A stretch of 64,000 bases of DNA from an uncultured Gammaproteobacteria bacterium (GCA_965231015.1 OZ246408.1:545237-609236); one strand, 5' to 3'; numbered from the stretch's first letter, positions 9,752 to 19,671 are shown. The notes: generated by a model not told the origin, from the sequence alone. Program-made: numbers and translations.

Positions 9752-11713
9752 TTATTCCACCAAGCTAACGTATTTAGCTTGTTTGATTAATGGTTTGAAT
9801 TTTCGGCCACCACCGACCATAAACTTCGGGAAATACTCCACGTATTGCAAACGTCCGGAGTGAATAAAGGCTCCCAGAACGTTGATGGCAAGGTTAAATA
9901 GGTGTCCGCCTACAATAATCACAATCCACACCAAGAATCCCACGTAAGGCACCATTCCAGCAAACAAATCCGCGACCAGGTTCACAACCATGGCAATAAT
10001 TCCAGTTGAAAGCCCCAGGGCTAGCAAACGTGAATATGAAAGAATATCTGATAGGTATCCGACCAGTCCGTACAAACTAGAAATTCCACCCAACAGTTTC
10101 ATCACAGGGTTCTTTTTCTCGTAACCCTGACTCAACACCATAACCCCGGTCCATCCAAGGACTAAATATAGAGCTATTTGAGAAGCACTAGCGAAAAGTC
10201 CGGCCATGGTAGCGATCCAGAATCCGATAATCAGTAAATAAATTGCCCAGAAACCGCTAGTGATAATTCCCTCTTTAGCTTCTCCGTGCGTAATCTTCCA
10301 GAACATGTTGACCAGGTTACCGACCACCATTTGAATGAAGCCAAGGATAAAACTCATAACGAGTACGGTCATCGGGTTGGCTACCGGATCAATCAAACGA
10401 ATTGATTCAAAGAAGTTTTTAAGCGCCCCATCAGGCAAATCTGTGATAACAATTCCGAACCATCCACCAAACAGGGCTCCAATAATGAACGTTGCGATTC
10501 CACCAAACATCATCAAGCTCATGAGTTTGCGCGCTCCACCCTTTGGTTTCATAAGTTTAATCGCGGCAAACGACAAAATCGCCAATAATAGTCCGTATCC
10601 AGCGTCAGTGAGACACAGCGCAAAGTATAAAATGAAAAATGGAGCCAGGTAAATCGTTGGGTCAGGTTCAGAGTAAAGTGGTGCTCCGTAGATTTCTGTG
10701 ACTGATTCAAATGGAGTAATAGCTTTGTTATTTTCAAGGGCAACCGGAATGTTTTCGTCTTCACGAATTGCTAGTTCTTCTAAAACATACTCTTTTGATA
10801 CCGCACTTAACTTATCCCTCATTTCTCCCATGGCACCAGTAGGCATCCATCCGGTAAAGATAACGGTCTGTTTGGTGGACAAAGCCTTTCGAGCCGCCTC
10901 ATCCTGATCTTTTTGCCAGGTCAAATAGTCGTATAAAATTCGAAAATCCGGAATGTGTTTAATGTATTCTTTGATGGCGGCCTTGGTTTCCCGCACCACG
11001 ACCCGGTCTTTTTCAATTTCACGCTCCAAGTTCTTAATTTCTGACTCAATGGTCTGCCCTTTTGCAATGGGCATATCCACAGCTTTAAACTCATTCACTT
11101 CAAAAGCGTCTTTGAGATCATCATGAATTGTCTTGTCATAGGCAACCACAACCCGTACTTCTTTATCGGTTTCACTGACTTTTAGAACAACTGCCAGTTG
11201 TTTCGCGTGTAAGGCAGACTCAAAATCCTCAAAGCGGGTAATTGGCACAATGCCCAGCACAAAATCAACAAAACGAGTTGACTCTGATAAATCAACCGGT
11301 ATTCCCTGCCATTTGGCCAGGTTTTTGACCTCTTTTTTGTTTTGACTGATTCGGTTTTTAGCCGCATTAAGGTCTTTATCTAGGTTTTCTAACTCCTGAA
11401 TCAGGTTTTTATAGTCAAAATTCGCCAGCAACTTAGCAAAGTCATTCTGGCGAACCTCAATTTTCCCTCCTTGTAGTTTTTCCAAAAAGCTCTTTTTTAC
11501 CTCTTCTTCGTACGGTGTAAGCAGGTCAAGGGCGAATTTAATGTTAGTTTGCCAGTATTCTGCTTTAGATTCCGGCTTAAATAAGTCTTTTTCTTCACTT
11601 TCTTCCAAGGCCTCAACCTCCATGATTCCCTCGGTATGCAAAATATCCAAAAGACGTGGATAAATCTCTTTGGTAGCAGTAAGTTGGATTTTTGTCATTT
11701 TACTGACTGACAT
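9752..11713 (-). CDS. ntpI: V/A-type ATP synthase subunit I (a)
   Basis: 653 aa; soluble coiled-coil N-terminal half plus ~8-TM C-terminal half. Confidence 0.85.
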   Translation of the reverse strand: MSVSKMTKIQLTATKEIYPRLLDILHTEGIMEVEALEESEEKDLFKPESKAEYWQTNIKFALDLLTPYEEEVKKSFLEKLQGGKIEVRQNDFAKLLANFDYKNLIQELENLDKDLNAAKNRISQNKKEVKNLAKWQGIPVDLSESTRFVDFVLGIVPITRFEDFESALHAKQLAVVLKVSETDKEVRVVVAYDKTIHDDLKDAFEVNEFKAVDMPIAKGQTIESEIKNLEREIEKDRVVVRETKAAIKEYIKHIPDFRILYDYLTWQKDQDEAARKALSTKQTVIFTGWMPTGAMGEMRDKLSAVSKEYVLEELAIREDENIPVALENNKAITPFESVTEIYGAPLYSEPDPTIYLAPFFILYFALCLTDAGYGLLLAILSFAAIKLMKPKGGARKLMSLMMFGGIATFIIGALFGGWFGIVITDLPDGALKNFFESIRLIDPVANPMTVLVMSFILGFIQMVVGNLVNMFWKITHGEAKEGIITSGFWAIYLLIIGFWIATMAGLFASASQIALYLVLGWTGVMVLSQGYEKKNPVMKLLGGISSLYGLVGYLSDILSYSRLLALGLSTGIIAMVVNLVADLFAGMVPYVGFLVWIVIIVGGHLFNLAINVLGAFIHSGRLQYVEYFPKFMVGGGRKFKPLIKQAKYVSLVE

Positions 11714-12059
11714 AGTCCTGGAAGCGATCGTTCACAAGTTTTACAGCCTTAGATAAGCGTTGGTCTGAACCCTTTTCAAGCTCAGCTAAGCGCTTTTTTA
11801 GCTCTGCAGTGGCAGTTTCTTTAAAGGTTTGGGCGTCAGCCTGCACTTTTTCAGCAATAGTGCTGTTTTCTTTGGTTAAAGTGTCAGCCACGTGAGCAAA
11901 TTCATACTGCATTTGCTCCTCAAGTTCAGCCTTTTTTTCTTGGGCGTTGCTTTCTGCTTTGGCAATCAAAGACTCGGCTTCTGCCTCGGTGTTCTTGATT
12001 TGCTTAATACTGGTTTGGTCAGTCATAAAATTTTGTAAAATTGCGGCTAAAGTATACAT
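11700..12059 (-). CDS. V/A-type ATP synthase peripheral-stalk subunit (G/H-like; E. hirae NtpF position), first gene of operon
   Basis: 119 aa, highly charged/coiled-coil. A TTGACC-17-TATACT promoter overlaps the annotated ATG, so the true start may be the internal Met at 12024-12026. Confidence 0.6.
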   Translation of the reverse strand: MYTLAAILQNFMTDQTSIKQIKNTEAEAESLIAKAESNAQEKKAELEEQMQYEFAHVADTLTKENSTIAEKVQADAQTFKETATAELKKRLAELEKGSDQRLSKAVKLVNDRFQDYVSQ

Positions 12060-12094
12060 CGAATCTGTTTTTGGGTCAATAGCATAAAAAAATT

Positions 12095-12140
12095 ATGAAA
12101 TTAACTTAAATAAAGAGAAGAACGCCGATCCGTGAAGTTG
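12095..12140 (-). terminator. Rho-independent terminator of the high-GC island gene 12178..13089
   Basis: Minus-strand gaacgcc-tttccaacttcacggatc-ggcgttc followed by TTCTCTTTATTT. Confidence 0.5.
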
Positions 12141-12177
12141 GAAAGGCGTTCGTGAGGTAGGGGTTGCGATCGAAGTC

Positions 12178-13089
12178 CTAGGGGGTGGACTCCTCGTTGA
12201 GCAGCTCCGGGTCGATGTTGTCGGTCAGGATCCCGGAGAGATCCGCGATTAGGCGGTTTCTGACGAATGGGTCCAGACCGGGCTCCAGCTCTTGGAAGCG
12301 GAGTTCGCGGATGCGCTCTTTGAGCTGGGCGTTTTTGCCCTTGGTGTACTCGGTCAGGCCAAGCACCCATTGGCGCTGCCAGGCCTGATGAGCGCGCAGC
12401 TCGCCCTTGCTCGGAGCTGGCGAACGCTTCGGGGTGAGCCGCGAGCGCACCGACTTGACCGTAGGAGTACCCTTGGGTACCGCCTTCGCCTCCGGCTTGG
12501 TGCCGGTTCCCTGCCCGAGTGTTTGCTGTTTCGGGTTCGCAGCTCCGGGAAGTTGGCCGACGAGCGAAGGAGCGGCAGGGTGCTCCGTGTTGGTAGGTTC
12601 GTCCGCCTTCGCCTTCGCCTCCGGCTTGGTGGCTCCGGGCAGTGCACCCTTGAGAACGGGTTCAGCCGGTGGCTCGTTAGTTCCCTCGTGCGGATCCGGC
12701 CTGCCGAGAATCGCGGCCGCCTCGCTTTCGAGCGGCCTGCGCTCGAGGTTGTGCCGCGCCGTCAAGTACTCGATCATGCACGGCAGGTAAACCTCGAGAT
12801 CGAACTCGTAGTCCAGGTCGTGCCCGGCAGCCTCGAGCTCTTGCTTGATGGCGGCAAGCGGGTCAGCCTCACCGGCCTTGGTATCCGAGGCCCTGAACAG
12901 GTCCTTCGGAAACTCGACCTTGAGCGGGTCGCCCAAGATCTGCTCGGCTCGCTCGTTAAAGTACTGTTCCGCCTCCGGCTCGGAAACAGCCGCTTCGAAC
13001 CGAGGGCTTGACTGGTCGACCCCGTCAGTGCGCTCACCGCGCAGTACGGCCAGACACGCGTCCAGAAACGCCAAAATTTTCGGATCCAT
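12178..13089 (-). CDS. hypothetical protein, high-GC (~65%); N-terminal globular domain, Pro/Ala/Lys-rich linker, ~80-aa C-terminal domain
   Basis: 303-aa ORF with sensible composition and GC3-rich codons. Strong SD (GGGAGGGAGGAAGCA) before ATG at 13089. The overlapping plus-strand RLRLRL ORFs are antisense artefacts. Confidence 0.6.
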   Translation of the reverse strand: MDPKILAFLDACLAVLRGERTDGVDQSSPRFEAAVSEPEAEQYFNERAEQILGDPLKVEFPKDLFRASDTKAGEADPLAAIKQELEAAGHDLDYEFDLEVYLPCMIEYLTARHNLERRPLESEAAAILGRPDPHEGTNEPPAEPVLKGALPGATKPEAKAKADEPTNTEHPAAPSLVGQLPGAANPKQQTLGQGTGTKPEAKAVPKGTPTVKSVRSRLTPKRSPAPSKGELRAHQAWQRQWVLGLTEYTKGKNAQLKERIRELRFQELEPGLDPFVRNRLIADLSGILTDNIDPELLNEESTP

Positions 13090-13243
13090 TGCTTCCTCCC
13101 TCCCGTATTTTTTGTGTTCGGTTTTTTAATTTTTCACCATAAGTCAATTTGGCGGTGTTCCGCCACAAAGAAAGAATGGCGGGAGACAGCTAAAAATAGC
13201 ACAAAAACAGACTTTTGTCAAGTTCTAGACACAAAGTACATAC

Positions 13244-13272
13244 TTGACAAATATGCTAAATTGTGCTAAATT
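13244..13272 (+). promoter_or_regulatory. sigma70-like promoter (TTGACA-17-TAAATT) in AT-rich divergent intergenic region of the high-GC island
   Basis: acTTGACAaatatgctaaattgtgcTAAATTttgcgg; ~125-nt leader to ATG at 13404. Confidence 0.45.
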
Positions 13273-13403
13273 TTGCGGTTGGTTGAGGGCAATTTCGTCC
13301 TTAATTACGTTCGTTTCCCCAGACTGTGGGTAAAAGGTCCCACACTCCCAACACGCGCGCATCGCAGGTAAGTCGATGCCAACCGGGAGAGAAAGAGGAA
13401 GAC

Positions 13404-15056
13404 ATGACCACCGAAAAGAACCTGACGCCGGAGCAGATCCGGCACAACGAGATGGTAAAGCGGGAAGCGCTCGAACAATTCCGCATGGCCAACGTGCGGA
13501 TGGACAAGCGGGGCGGCAACCGTCCCGTGGGCATGGGCGATCTCGTGGAGATCGTGGTCCCCGGGTTCTCCGAGGACCAGTTCGGGAACGCCGTGGCCTA
13601 CGACGAGGACGGGACGTTGATCCGCCCGCTGTGGGCGCTCGATAACGGCTTCGTGCCGGTGCTCGCCGTGCCCATGCGGCTGTGGGTCGTGTACCCGCGG
13701 TCGCGCACCTTCGCCCGGAACAAGTACGGGGTGGCGATCCCGTTCGACATCGTCTACTTCAAGGGGAAGGGACTCGGCTTGTGGAACCACAAGCTCTCGG
13801 ATCGGTGTGAGTTCCGGAACGCCGTGGCCGTGCGGCAGACCCGTACGGTCATGGTGGCCTTCGAGCCGAACCCGCGGCGCAAGGACGAGTGGCACGGCGG
13901 ATTCGTCGGCGGCAAGCACATCGTGTGGAAGCCGCACGGCAACCCGTACGAGAACTCGGGCGTCGAGATTGGCATGCCGATCGAGGTCCAGGCAAGTGAG
14001 TCCTGGGATCGGATCGAGTGTCTGCCGGCCGTGCAGACGCGTCGGGTCAAGGCCGACGGTTCCGTTGAGGAGCTCGAGGTCCAGACCGCTCTGGTGGACG
14101 TGGCGCTCAAGCCTGGACAGATTCAGTGTCGGGCGAGCGGTGTACGCCTGTGGGCGCTCGACGCTCTGGGCGTCAAGCGTCACACCGACGAGGCGGTACT
14201 GGATCGGCGGATCGCCGAGATGCTCGCCACGCGCGGTGAGCGGCTCAATCCGGAGACCGACCCGTTCTGCCTCGCGGCCAAGGCCGCCGGCAGCACGGTG
14301 GACTACCGTCTCGCGGGCGTGAACGCTCGCGAGGTGGCCATCAAGAACTCCGGCTCGATCCTGCGCCCGAAGGCGCCGAAGATCGGACACGTGGCCATCT
14401 TGCACCCGGAGACCGGAGCCAAGATCTGCGACGTGCTGATCGAGGACGTGCTCGGGGGTGACCTCTCCATCTACTCGTCGCGCGACGAGGTGATGGCTCG
14501 GTTCAATCAGCTCAAGCGCTACCGGCGCAGGAGCTACGCCGAGCACAACGACGATGACACCATCGTCGAGGCCGTCAAGGCCGTGTTCAAGCGGTTCGGC
14601 GTGCACCTGGAGGTGGACAACAAGATTCGCTCCCAGGTCGGCGAGGACGCCACCCGCGCTCTGCTCGAGCGGCTGATCTCCCGGGGGAGCATTCGCTTCA
14701 AGCCGGCGCGGAGCCGCTCCGAGCTCGTGGTGAGTGCCTACGCGGTGCTCGGCCTCGAGTCCTCTGACGCGGACGAGGACAGCGTGTTCAAGCGCTTCCG
14801 CGAGCTCTACTTCGTCAAGAAGGGCAAGGTGGAGCGGGAGGATCCGGCCGTGATGGTCCTCTACAAGTCTCCGGGCTACAGGTCGAACCCCAACCAGAAC
14901 AAGGGGTACAACGACCGCCGGGCACTTATGCGAACCGCGGGAGAGCACCTGATGGGTGCGGACCGGTTCAAGACGGCGCTCACCCCGCCGGAGGAGCCGA
15001 AGTCCGAGTTCGACAACGAGGCCGAGGAGCTTCGCAGCTCGTCCGACGACGAGTAG
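13404..15056 (+). CDS. hypothetical protein, high-GC (~66%), 550 aa, acidic C-terminal tail
   Basis: ORF with high GC3; start at MTTEKNLTPEQ preceded by AGAGGAAG; no recognisable motif. Confidence 0.6.
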   Translation: MTTEKNLTPEQIRHNEMVKREALEQFRMANVRMDKRGGNRPVGMGDLVEIVVPGFSEDQFGNAVAYDEDGTLIRPLWALDNGFVPVLAVPMRLWVVYPRSRTFARNKYGVAIPFDIVYFKGKGLGLWNHKLSDRCEFRNAVAVRQTRTVMVAFEPNPRRKDEWHGGFVGGKHIVWKPHGNPYENSGVEIGMPIEVQASESWDRIECLPAVQTRRVKADGSVEELEVQTALVDVALKPGQIQCRASGVRLWALDALGVKRHTDEAVLDRRIAEMLATRGERLNPETDPFCLAAKAAGSTVDYRLAGVNAREVAIKNSGSILRPKAPKIGHVAILHPETGAKICDVLIEDVLGGDLSIYSSRDEVMARFNQLKRYRRRSYAEHNDDDTIVEAVKAVFKRFGVHLEVDNKIRSQVGEDATRALLERLISRGSIRFKPARSRSELVVSAYAVLGLESSDADEDSVFKRFRELYFVKKGKVEREDPAVMVLYKSPGYRSNPNQNKGYNDRRALMRTAGEHLMGADRFKTALTPPEEPKSEFDNEAEELRSSSDDE

Positions 15057-15065
15057 ATCCTACCA

Positions 15066-15134
15066 AAAAAACAGCCGGCAACCGGCTGCCTTCCAAACAG
15101 AGGGCGCTCATCACAACGATGTGCGCCCTTATCA
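15066..15134. terminator. pair of hairpins serving the convergent genes 13404..15056 (+) and 15140..15982 (-)
   Basis: aaaaaaa-cagccggcaaccggctg (T-tract on minus side) and agggcgc-…-gcgccct followed by TATCATTTTATT (plus side). Confidence 0.45.
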
Positions 15135-15139
15135 TTTTA

Positions 15140-15982
15140 TTAATAAAGATCAGTTAGTTCCATTGTGCCATCTTCATAAATCCAAGCATGAAACTGTCCA
15201 ATCTTGGTCATTCCTTTTCCTGAAATATCAACAGCATAGGCCTCAATCAAATGAGTTCGGTTATCTTTTAGCTTTTGAGGTATATCAATATGCGCATTAA
15301 AGCCATGATAACTATCGTACAAACATCCTGAAAAAGCACTTAAAAGATCTTGCCTGGAATTCTCGGCAATAACGGTGTCCATATAGAAACCATCTCCGTA
15401 GATCATAACTGGCACCCGAATATTATCAACATTATAGGTGTCAAAATCAATGGCCCAACCTGAAACGACATCACTTCTGGCAGGGATATCATCAAAGCTA
15501 CCTTGAACTCCATCGTTGATTGGATCCATGGTTATACTTCCAATGTAGGCTACTTCAGAGCCAGACCAAACTACCTCATCATGTGAGGCAAAAACGTAAA
15601 TAGTGTGTGTCTGTCCATCGTACAAAGTTGGATTTACTTCCCACCCAAAACCACTTTTTAAGGACACGTTTTCATCGTAGTACTCATAGACATCATATCG
15701 GGACAAGTAAGTAGTTTGTTGACCTAGGATTTCGTTGTAATTAAAAGTATCGGAAAGAGTGAAAAAAACATACATCGGTGTTTCGGAATCAGTGGTGTCA
15801 ACAACCCAACCACGTACCATGGCACTGTTGTTGCAAGAGGAATCAGTTTGTCCCTGGATATTGTCAACCGAACCCTCGATTGTTCCTGCAGCCTTTGTTA
15901 TGTTTGAGGTGAAATAAAATCCACCGGATCCGATTGCAACTGCCAACGTGGCAATCAGAAATCCCTTGAAGAAATAATTCAT
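15140..15982 (-). CDS. secreted/membrane-anchored hypothetical protein
   Basis: Start placed at MNYFFKGFLIATLAVAIGSGGFYF (signal/anchor). The longer track ORF would overlap the tatD 3' end. Confidence 0.5.
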   Translation of the reverse strand: MNYFFKGFLIATLAVAIGSGGFYFTSNITKAAGTIEGSVDNIQGQTDSSCNNSAMVRGWVVDTTDSETPMYVFFTLSDTFNYNEILGQQTTYLSRYDVYEYYDENVSLKSGFGWEVNPTLYDGQTHTIYVFASHDEVVWSGSEVAYIGSITMDPINDGVQGSFDDIPARSDVVSGWAIDFDTYNVDNIRVPVMIYGDGFYMDTVIAENSRQDLLSAFSGCLYDSYHGFNAHIDIPQKLKDNRTHLIEAYAVDISGKGMTKIGQFHAWIYEDGTMELTDLY

Positions 15983-15992
15983 ATATAATTTA

Positions 15993-16874
15993 TTAAAAGT
16001 TAATATTAAAAAGTTTTTTAGCATTATTATTTGTCGCTTCAGCGACTTCCTCAACAGTAATTCCTTTTAGTTCGGCAATCTTTGCTGCAATATGTTTAAC
16101 GTAAGACGGTTCATTGCGCTTTCCTCGATTAGGTTCAGGTGACAAATACGGGGCATCGGTTTCAACCATAATCATATCGAGTGGAACCTCTTGAACCAGC
16201 TTCTGGAGTTCAGTTTCCTTGATCCCGGCCAATCTTTCAGATCGTTTTGGTGTAAAGGTAATAATGCCGGTGAATGAGATGAGAAAACCGAGTTCGAAGT
16301 ATGCTTGAGCTTCATCAACAGTGCCGGTATAACAATGTACCACCCCTCTTCTTTTCATTTTTCCGGCCTTCACGTATTCACTTAGGATTTCAAGCTGATC
16401 TGCATGTGAGTCTCGTGAGTGAATTATAACTGGCAAATTAATTTCGTTGGCCAAATCCAAATGTGCTCGCATGGATCGTTTTTGTTCTTTGATCAACTCG
16501 TCTCGATCAAACTTTTCCGGCAAATGTAAATAATCCAGGCCAAACTCACCGATGGCTATAACTTTTTGGTCTTTGGAGAGCTCACGATAAAAACTTGGAT
16601 CAAATTGTTCGCACCGCGTTTTTACTGTCGCGATATCTTCAACTTCGTTAGGGTCAGTGAATTCTTGCTCACACAAATGATTCGGGTGCAAACCAATGGC
16701 CGCCCAAACCCCGTCATATTGATTAGCAACTTCTACGGCACGACGACTGGTGTCTTGCTGGGTCCCAACTGTAATCATAAAAACGTTCTCAGCCAAAGAA
16801 GTCTTTATTACTTCATCCATGTCACTCTTGTACGCGTTAAAATGAACGTGGCAATGGGTATCAATCAATTTCAT
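15993..16874 (-). CDS. tatD: TatD-family metal-dependent hydrolase/DNase
   Basis: MKLIDTHCHVHF…; METDAPYL motif. Confidence 0.85.
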   Translation of the reverse strand: MKLIDTHCHVHFNAYKSDMDEVIKTSLAENVFMITVGTQQDTSRRAVEVANQYDGVWAAIGLHPNHLCEQEFTDPNEVEDIATVKTRCEQFDPSFYRELSKDQKVIAIGEFGLDYLHLPEKFDRDELIKEQKRSMRAHLDLANEINLPVIIHSRDSHADQLEILSEYVKAGKMKRRGVVHCYTGTVDEAQAYFELGFLISFTGIITFTPKRSERLAGIKETELQKLVQEVPLDMIMVETDAPYLSPEPNRGKRNEPSYVKHIAAKIAELKGITVEEVAEATNNNAKKLFNINF

Positions 16875-16876
16875 AA

Positions 16877-17407
16877 TTAATTAGTAATTACTTCCTGGGC
16901 TTCCTGTACTTCACTCCAAGCGGTCGGATACATGAATTTGAAAGCATCTGCTACGCCGAGGAGGTATTTGGAAACGATCGAGGTTTCCATGGCCACTCTA
17001 ATATCTCCTTCCGGTAAATATACCAGAGCAAAAAACAAAATTACCGCAACCACAATTACACCTTCAATAAAACCAATTACCAGTCCAAGCAGACGATCCG
17101 GTGAGCCGGCCATGGGCAGCCACTTGAAAACGCCCCAAACCTTTTCTACAAGATAGAAGACCAGTCCAACCAACTTGGTGATGATGATAAAAATAATGAT
17201 GAACAGAATAATTTTTCCGAAAACCCCTGCTCCGAAAATAAAACCAAGAATATCATGAATCGGATTAATAAAACGAGTTGCCACAAGAATAGCCAAAATT
17301 GAACCCACCAGGTTGCCAATGGTGTGTACAAAACCAAAGAAGGCACCGTAGGCCACAAAGGCTCCGATGATGATTACCAGAAACAAATCAATGATTGAGA
17401 TGTCCAT
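16877..17407 (-). CDS. CvpA-family membrane protein
   Basis: 176 aa, 4 TM helices; architecture typical of colicin V production protein family. Confidence 0.6.
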   Translation of the reverse strand: MDISIIDLFLVIIIGAFVAYGAFFGFVHTIGNLVGSILAILVATRFINPIHDILGFIFGAGVFGKIILFIIIFIIITKLVGLVFYLVEKVWGVFKWLPMAGSPDRLLGLVIGFIEGVIVVAVILFFALVYLPEGDIRVAMETSIVSKYLLGVADAFKFMYPTAWSEVQEAQEVITN

Positions 17408-17448
17408 ATTCTAATCGTTTAAAGGATAAAGGCCGAAGGATAAGGTTG

Positions 17449-18951
17449 CTAGTCCTCGAGTCTTGGAAACAACGGATCGATTTTCTTTATTGTAACAGCT
17501 GGAGCCAGTCCACCCCAAACCCAGGCGTATTCTGCGGATTCATTAAACTCCTCTGGAATGGTCAAATCCAGGCTGTTTAGTATTTTTTGAGCGGTTTCCG
17601 GCATGAATGGGTAAACCATCCAAGCCACATGACGTAGAGTCTCAAGTAGAATATACATGGTGTCATTGAGCATTTTGGTTTCTTCAAGCTTGGCCAACTG
17701 CCAAGGTTGCTGTTGCTCAATATATTGATTGGCTTCTCGGACAATTTGCATGGCTGTGTCGAGCGCGTCATGTAAGCGAATTTCACGCATAGCTAGCTGA
17801 TAGGCCGGCCAGGCTTTAGCAATGTGGGCTTCGGCCTTTTCCGGCACAACGCCGTCGCAATATTTTTCAGCCATGGCTAATACCCGATTAACCAGATTAC
17901 CTAAATCATTAGCCAGATCAGCTGAATACTTGGCATCAAACTTTTTCCAACCGATATCACCATCGTGACCGAACGGAGTGGCACTCATGAGCAAATAACG
18001 AGAGGCATCAACACCATACTTGGTAATCAAATCATTGGGGGCGATAACGTTCCCGATTGACTTGCTCATCTTTTGTCCGTCCACCAAAAAGAAGCCATGA
18101 ACAAATAATTGTTTTGGCAGTGGAAGTTCAAGACCAAGCAAAATTGCCGGCCAAATCGTGGCATGAACTCGGATAATATCCTTGCTCATTAGCTCCACGT
18201 CTGCCGGCCAAAGATGAGGCACCTCTTCCCCACCGTCCCAGCCAAGACCGGTCAAATAGTTCAAAAACGCGTCCGGCCAAACGTAAGCCACGTGTTCAGG
18301 GTCCCACGGAAGCGGTACACCCCACTTGGTTTTTGTTCTTGAAAATGAAATGTCGTTTAGACCCTGCTCATAAAAAGACAGGATTTCTTTTTTCTTTGAT
18401 TCAGGTCGAATCATGAGTTCGTCTGACTCAATTTTTTCTTTAAGTTCATCTGCAAAGACCGACAACTTAAACATGTATGTTTCTTCTTTGATAACTTCCG
18501 GTTCTATTTGGTGGTCCGGACACTTTCCGTCTACTAAGTCTTTTTCGGTTTTGTATTGCTCGCAACCTTTGCAGTACAACCCCTCATGAGTTCCTTTATA
18601 AATATGTCCAGCGTCGTAGAGTTTCTGTAGTGCGTTTTGAACCGCTTTGATGTGATCTGGATTAGTGGTTCGGATAAAGTTGTCATTTGAGATGTTCATG
18701 GTGTCCCAAATCGATTCAAACTTCGCAGCAACTTCGTCAACAAAAATTTGCGGCTCCAGGCCGGCATTTACGGCACATTCTTCGATTTTTTCCCCATGTT
18801 CATCCGTTCCGGTTAAAAAGAAGGTTGGGTGGCCAACCATGCGGTGATAGCGAGCCAAAACGTCAGCCGCCACTGTGGTGTAGGTGTGACCTATGTGTGG
18901 CTCGGCGTTTACGTAGTAAATGGGAGTGGTGATGTAGAATTTTTGGCTCAT
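17449..18951 (-). CDS. metG: methionine--tRNA ligase
   Basis: HIGH motif (PHIGHTYT), KMSKS (KMSKSIGN), Zn knuckle CKGCEQY…CPDH. Confidence 0.95.
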   Translation of the reverse strand: MSQKFYITTPIYYVNAEPHIGHTYTTVAADVLARYHRMVGHPTFFLTGTDEHGEKIEECAVNAGLEPQIFVDEVAAKFESIWDTMNISNDNFIRTTNPDHIKAVQNALQKLYDAGHIYKGTHEGLYCKGCEQYKTEKDLVDGKCPDHQIEPEVIKEETYMFKLSVFADELKEKIESDELMIRPESKKKEILSFYEQGLNDISFSRTKTKWGVPLPWDPEHVAYVWPDAFLNYLTGLGWDGGEEVPHLWPADVELMSKDIIRVHATIWPAILLGLELPLPKQLFVHGFFLVDGQKMSKSIGNVIAPNDLITKYGVDASRYLLMSATPFGHDGDIGWKKFDAKYSADLANDLGNLVNRVLAMAEKYCDGVVPEKAEAHIAKAWPAYQLAMREIRLHDALDTAMQIVREANQYIEQQQPWQLAKLEETKMLNDTMYILLETLRHVAWMVYPFMPETAQKILNSLDLTIPEEFNESAEYAWVWGGLAPAVTIKKIDPLFPRLED

Positions 18952-19616
18952 ACCGGTGCAATAACGATTACGAATTCACCTTTTAGGCTATCAGAATTAA
19001 GTTGGTTTGTCACTTCGGCAACAGTGCCTCGATAAAGCGTTTCGTGTAGTTTGGTTAATTCTCGACCGACCATTATTTGACGATCTTCAATCCTGGATTC
19101 GAGCTCACCTAATGTTTTTATGATCCGATGGGTTGATTCGTAGAAGACAATGGTTGATTTGAATTCAGTTAATCGATTGAAAAATCTGTTGCGTCCTTTT
19201 TTGTGTGGCGGAAAACCAAGAAATACAAATTCATCGGCTGGAAAACCGGAAACTGACAAAGCGGCAACAATGGCGGATGGACCAGGAATTGGCACAACAG
19301 AAAGTTTGTCACCAAATTTTTTTATGGCTTCTTCTATCAGAATTCCGCCCGGGTCAGAAATGCCGGGTGTTCCCGCATCGGTCACAAGAGCAATATTTTT
19401 GGTCTCGAGTTCGTCTAAGATTTTTTTGAGTTTGCTCCGGTTTGAGTGTTGATGAAAACTTTCAGTCGAAACATTGATCTCAAAGGCTTTGAGCAACTTT
19501 CCGGTGACTCGGGTATCTTCACACAAAATCAAATCAACGTTACGCAAGGTTTCGAGTACTCGAGCTGACACATCCTGTAGATTCCCGATCGGTGTGGCAA
19601 CTATGTATAAAGTCAT
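18948..19616 (-). CDS. rsmI: 16S rRNA (cytidine1402-2'-O)-methyltransferase
   Basis: MTLYIVATPIGNLQDVSARVLETL… tetrapyrrole-methylase fold signature. Confidence 0.9.
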   Translation of the reverse strand: MTLYIVATPIGNLQDVSARVLETLRNVDLILCEDTRVTGKLLKAFEINVSTESFHQHSNRSKLKKILDELETKNIALVTDAGTPGISDPGGILIEEAIKKFGDKLSVVPIPGPSAIVAALSVSGFPADEFVFLGFPPHKKGRNRFFNRLTEFKSTIVFYESTHRIIKTLGELESRIEDRQIMVGRELTKLHETLYRGTVAEVTNQLNSDSLKGEFVIVIAPV

Positions 19617-19671
19617 AAGATTAGAACCGCCATTACTAGTATGGCCGGACGAGTTATGGTGGAAAATTAAT

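Noticed and set aside
12292-13011. 239-aa plus-strand ORF (RLRLRL-rich) and neighbouring 12354..12647, 12407..12790, 12774..13037 ORFs
   Set aside because: These are low-complexity antisense artefacts overlapping the better-supported 12178..13089 minus-strand gene.
13305-14948. 547-aa minus-strand ORF (and 89-171-aa ORFs) inside the high-GC island
   Set aside because: It is antisense to the 13404..15056 gene. Composition is dominated by R/L/H/P/G/V, typical of spurious ORFs in high-GC DNA. The plus frame has the GC3 bias and a plausible protein.
17408-17448. Alternative genetic code (UGA recoding, code 25)
   Set aside because: Long housekeeping ORFs are intact under code 11 and UGA is used as a genuine stop (for example the 25-aa ORF). 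There is no evidence for recoding.
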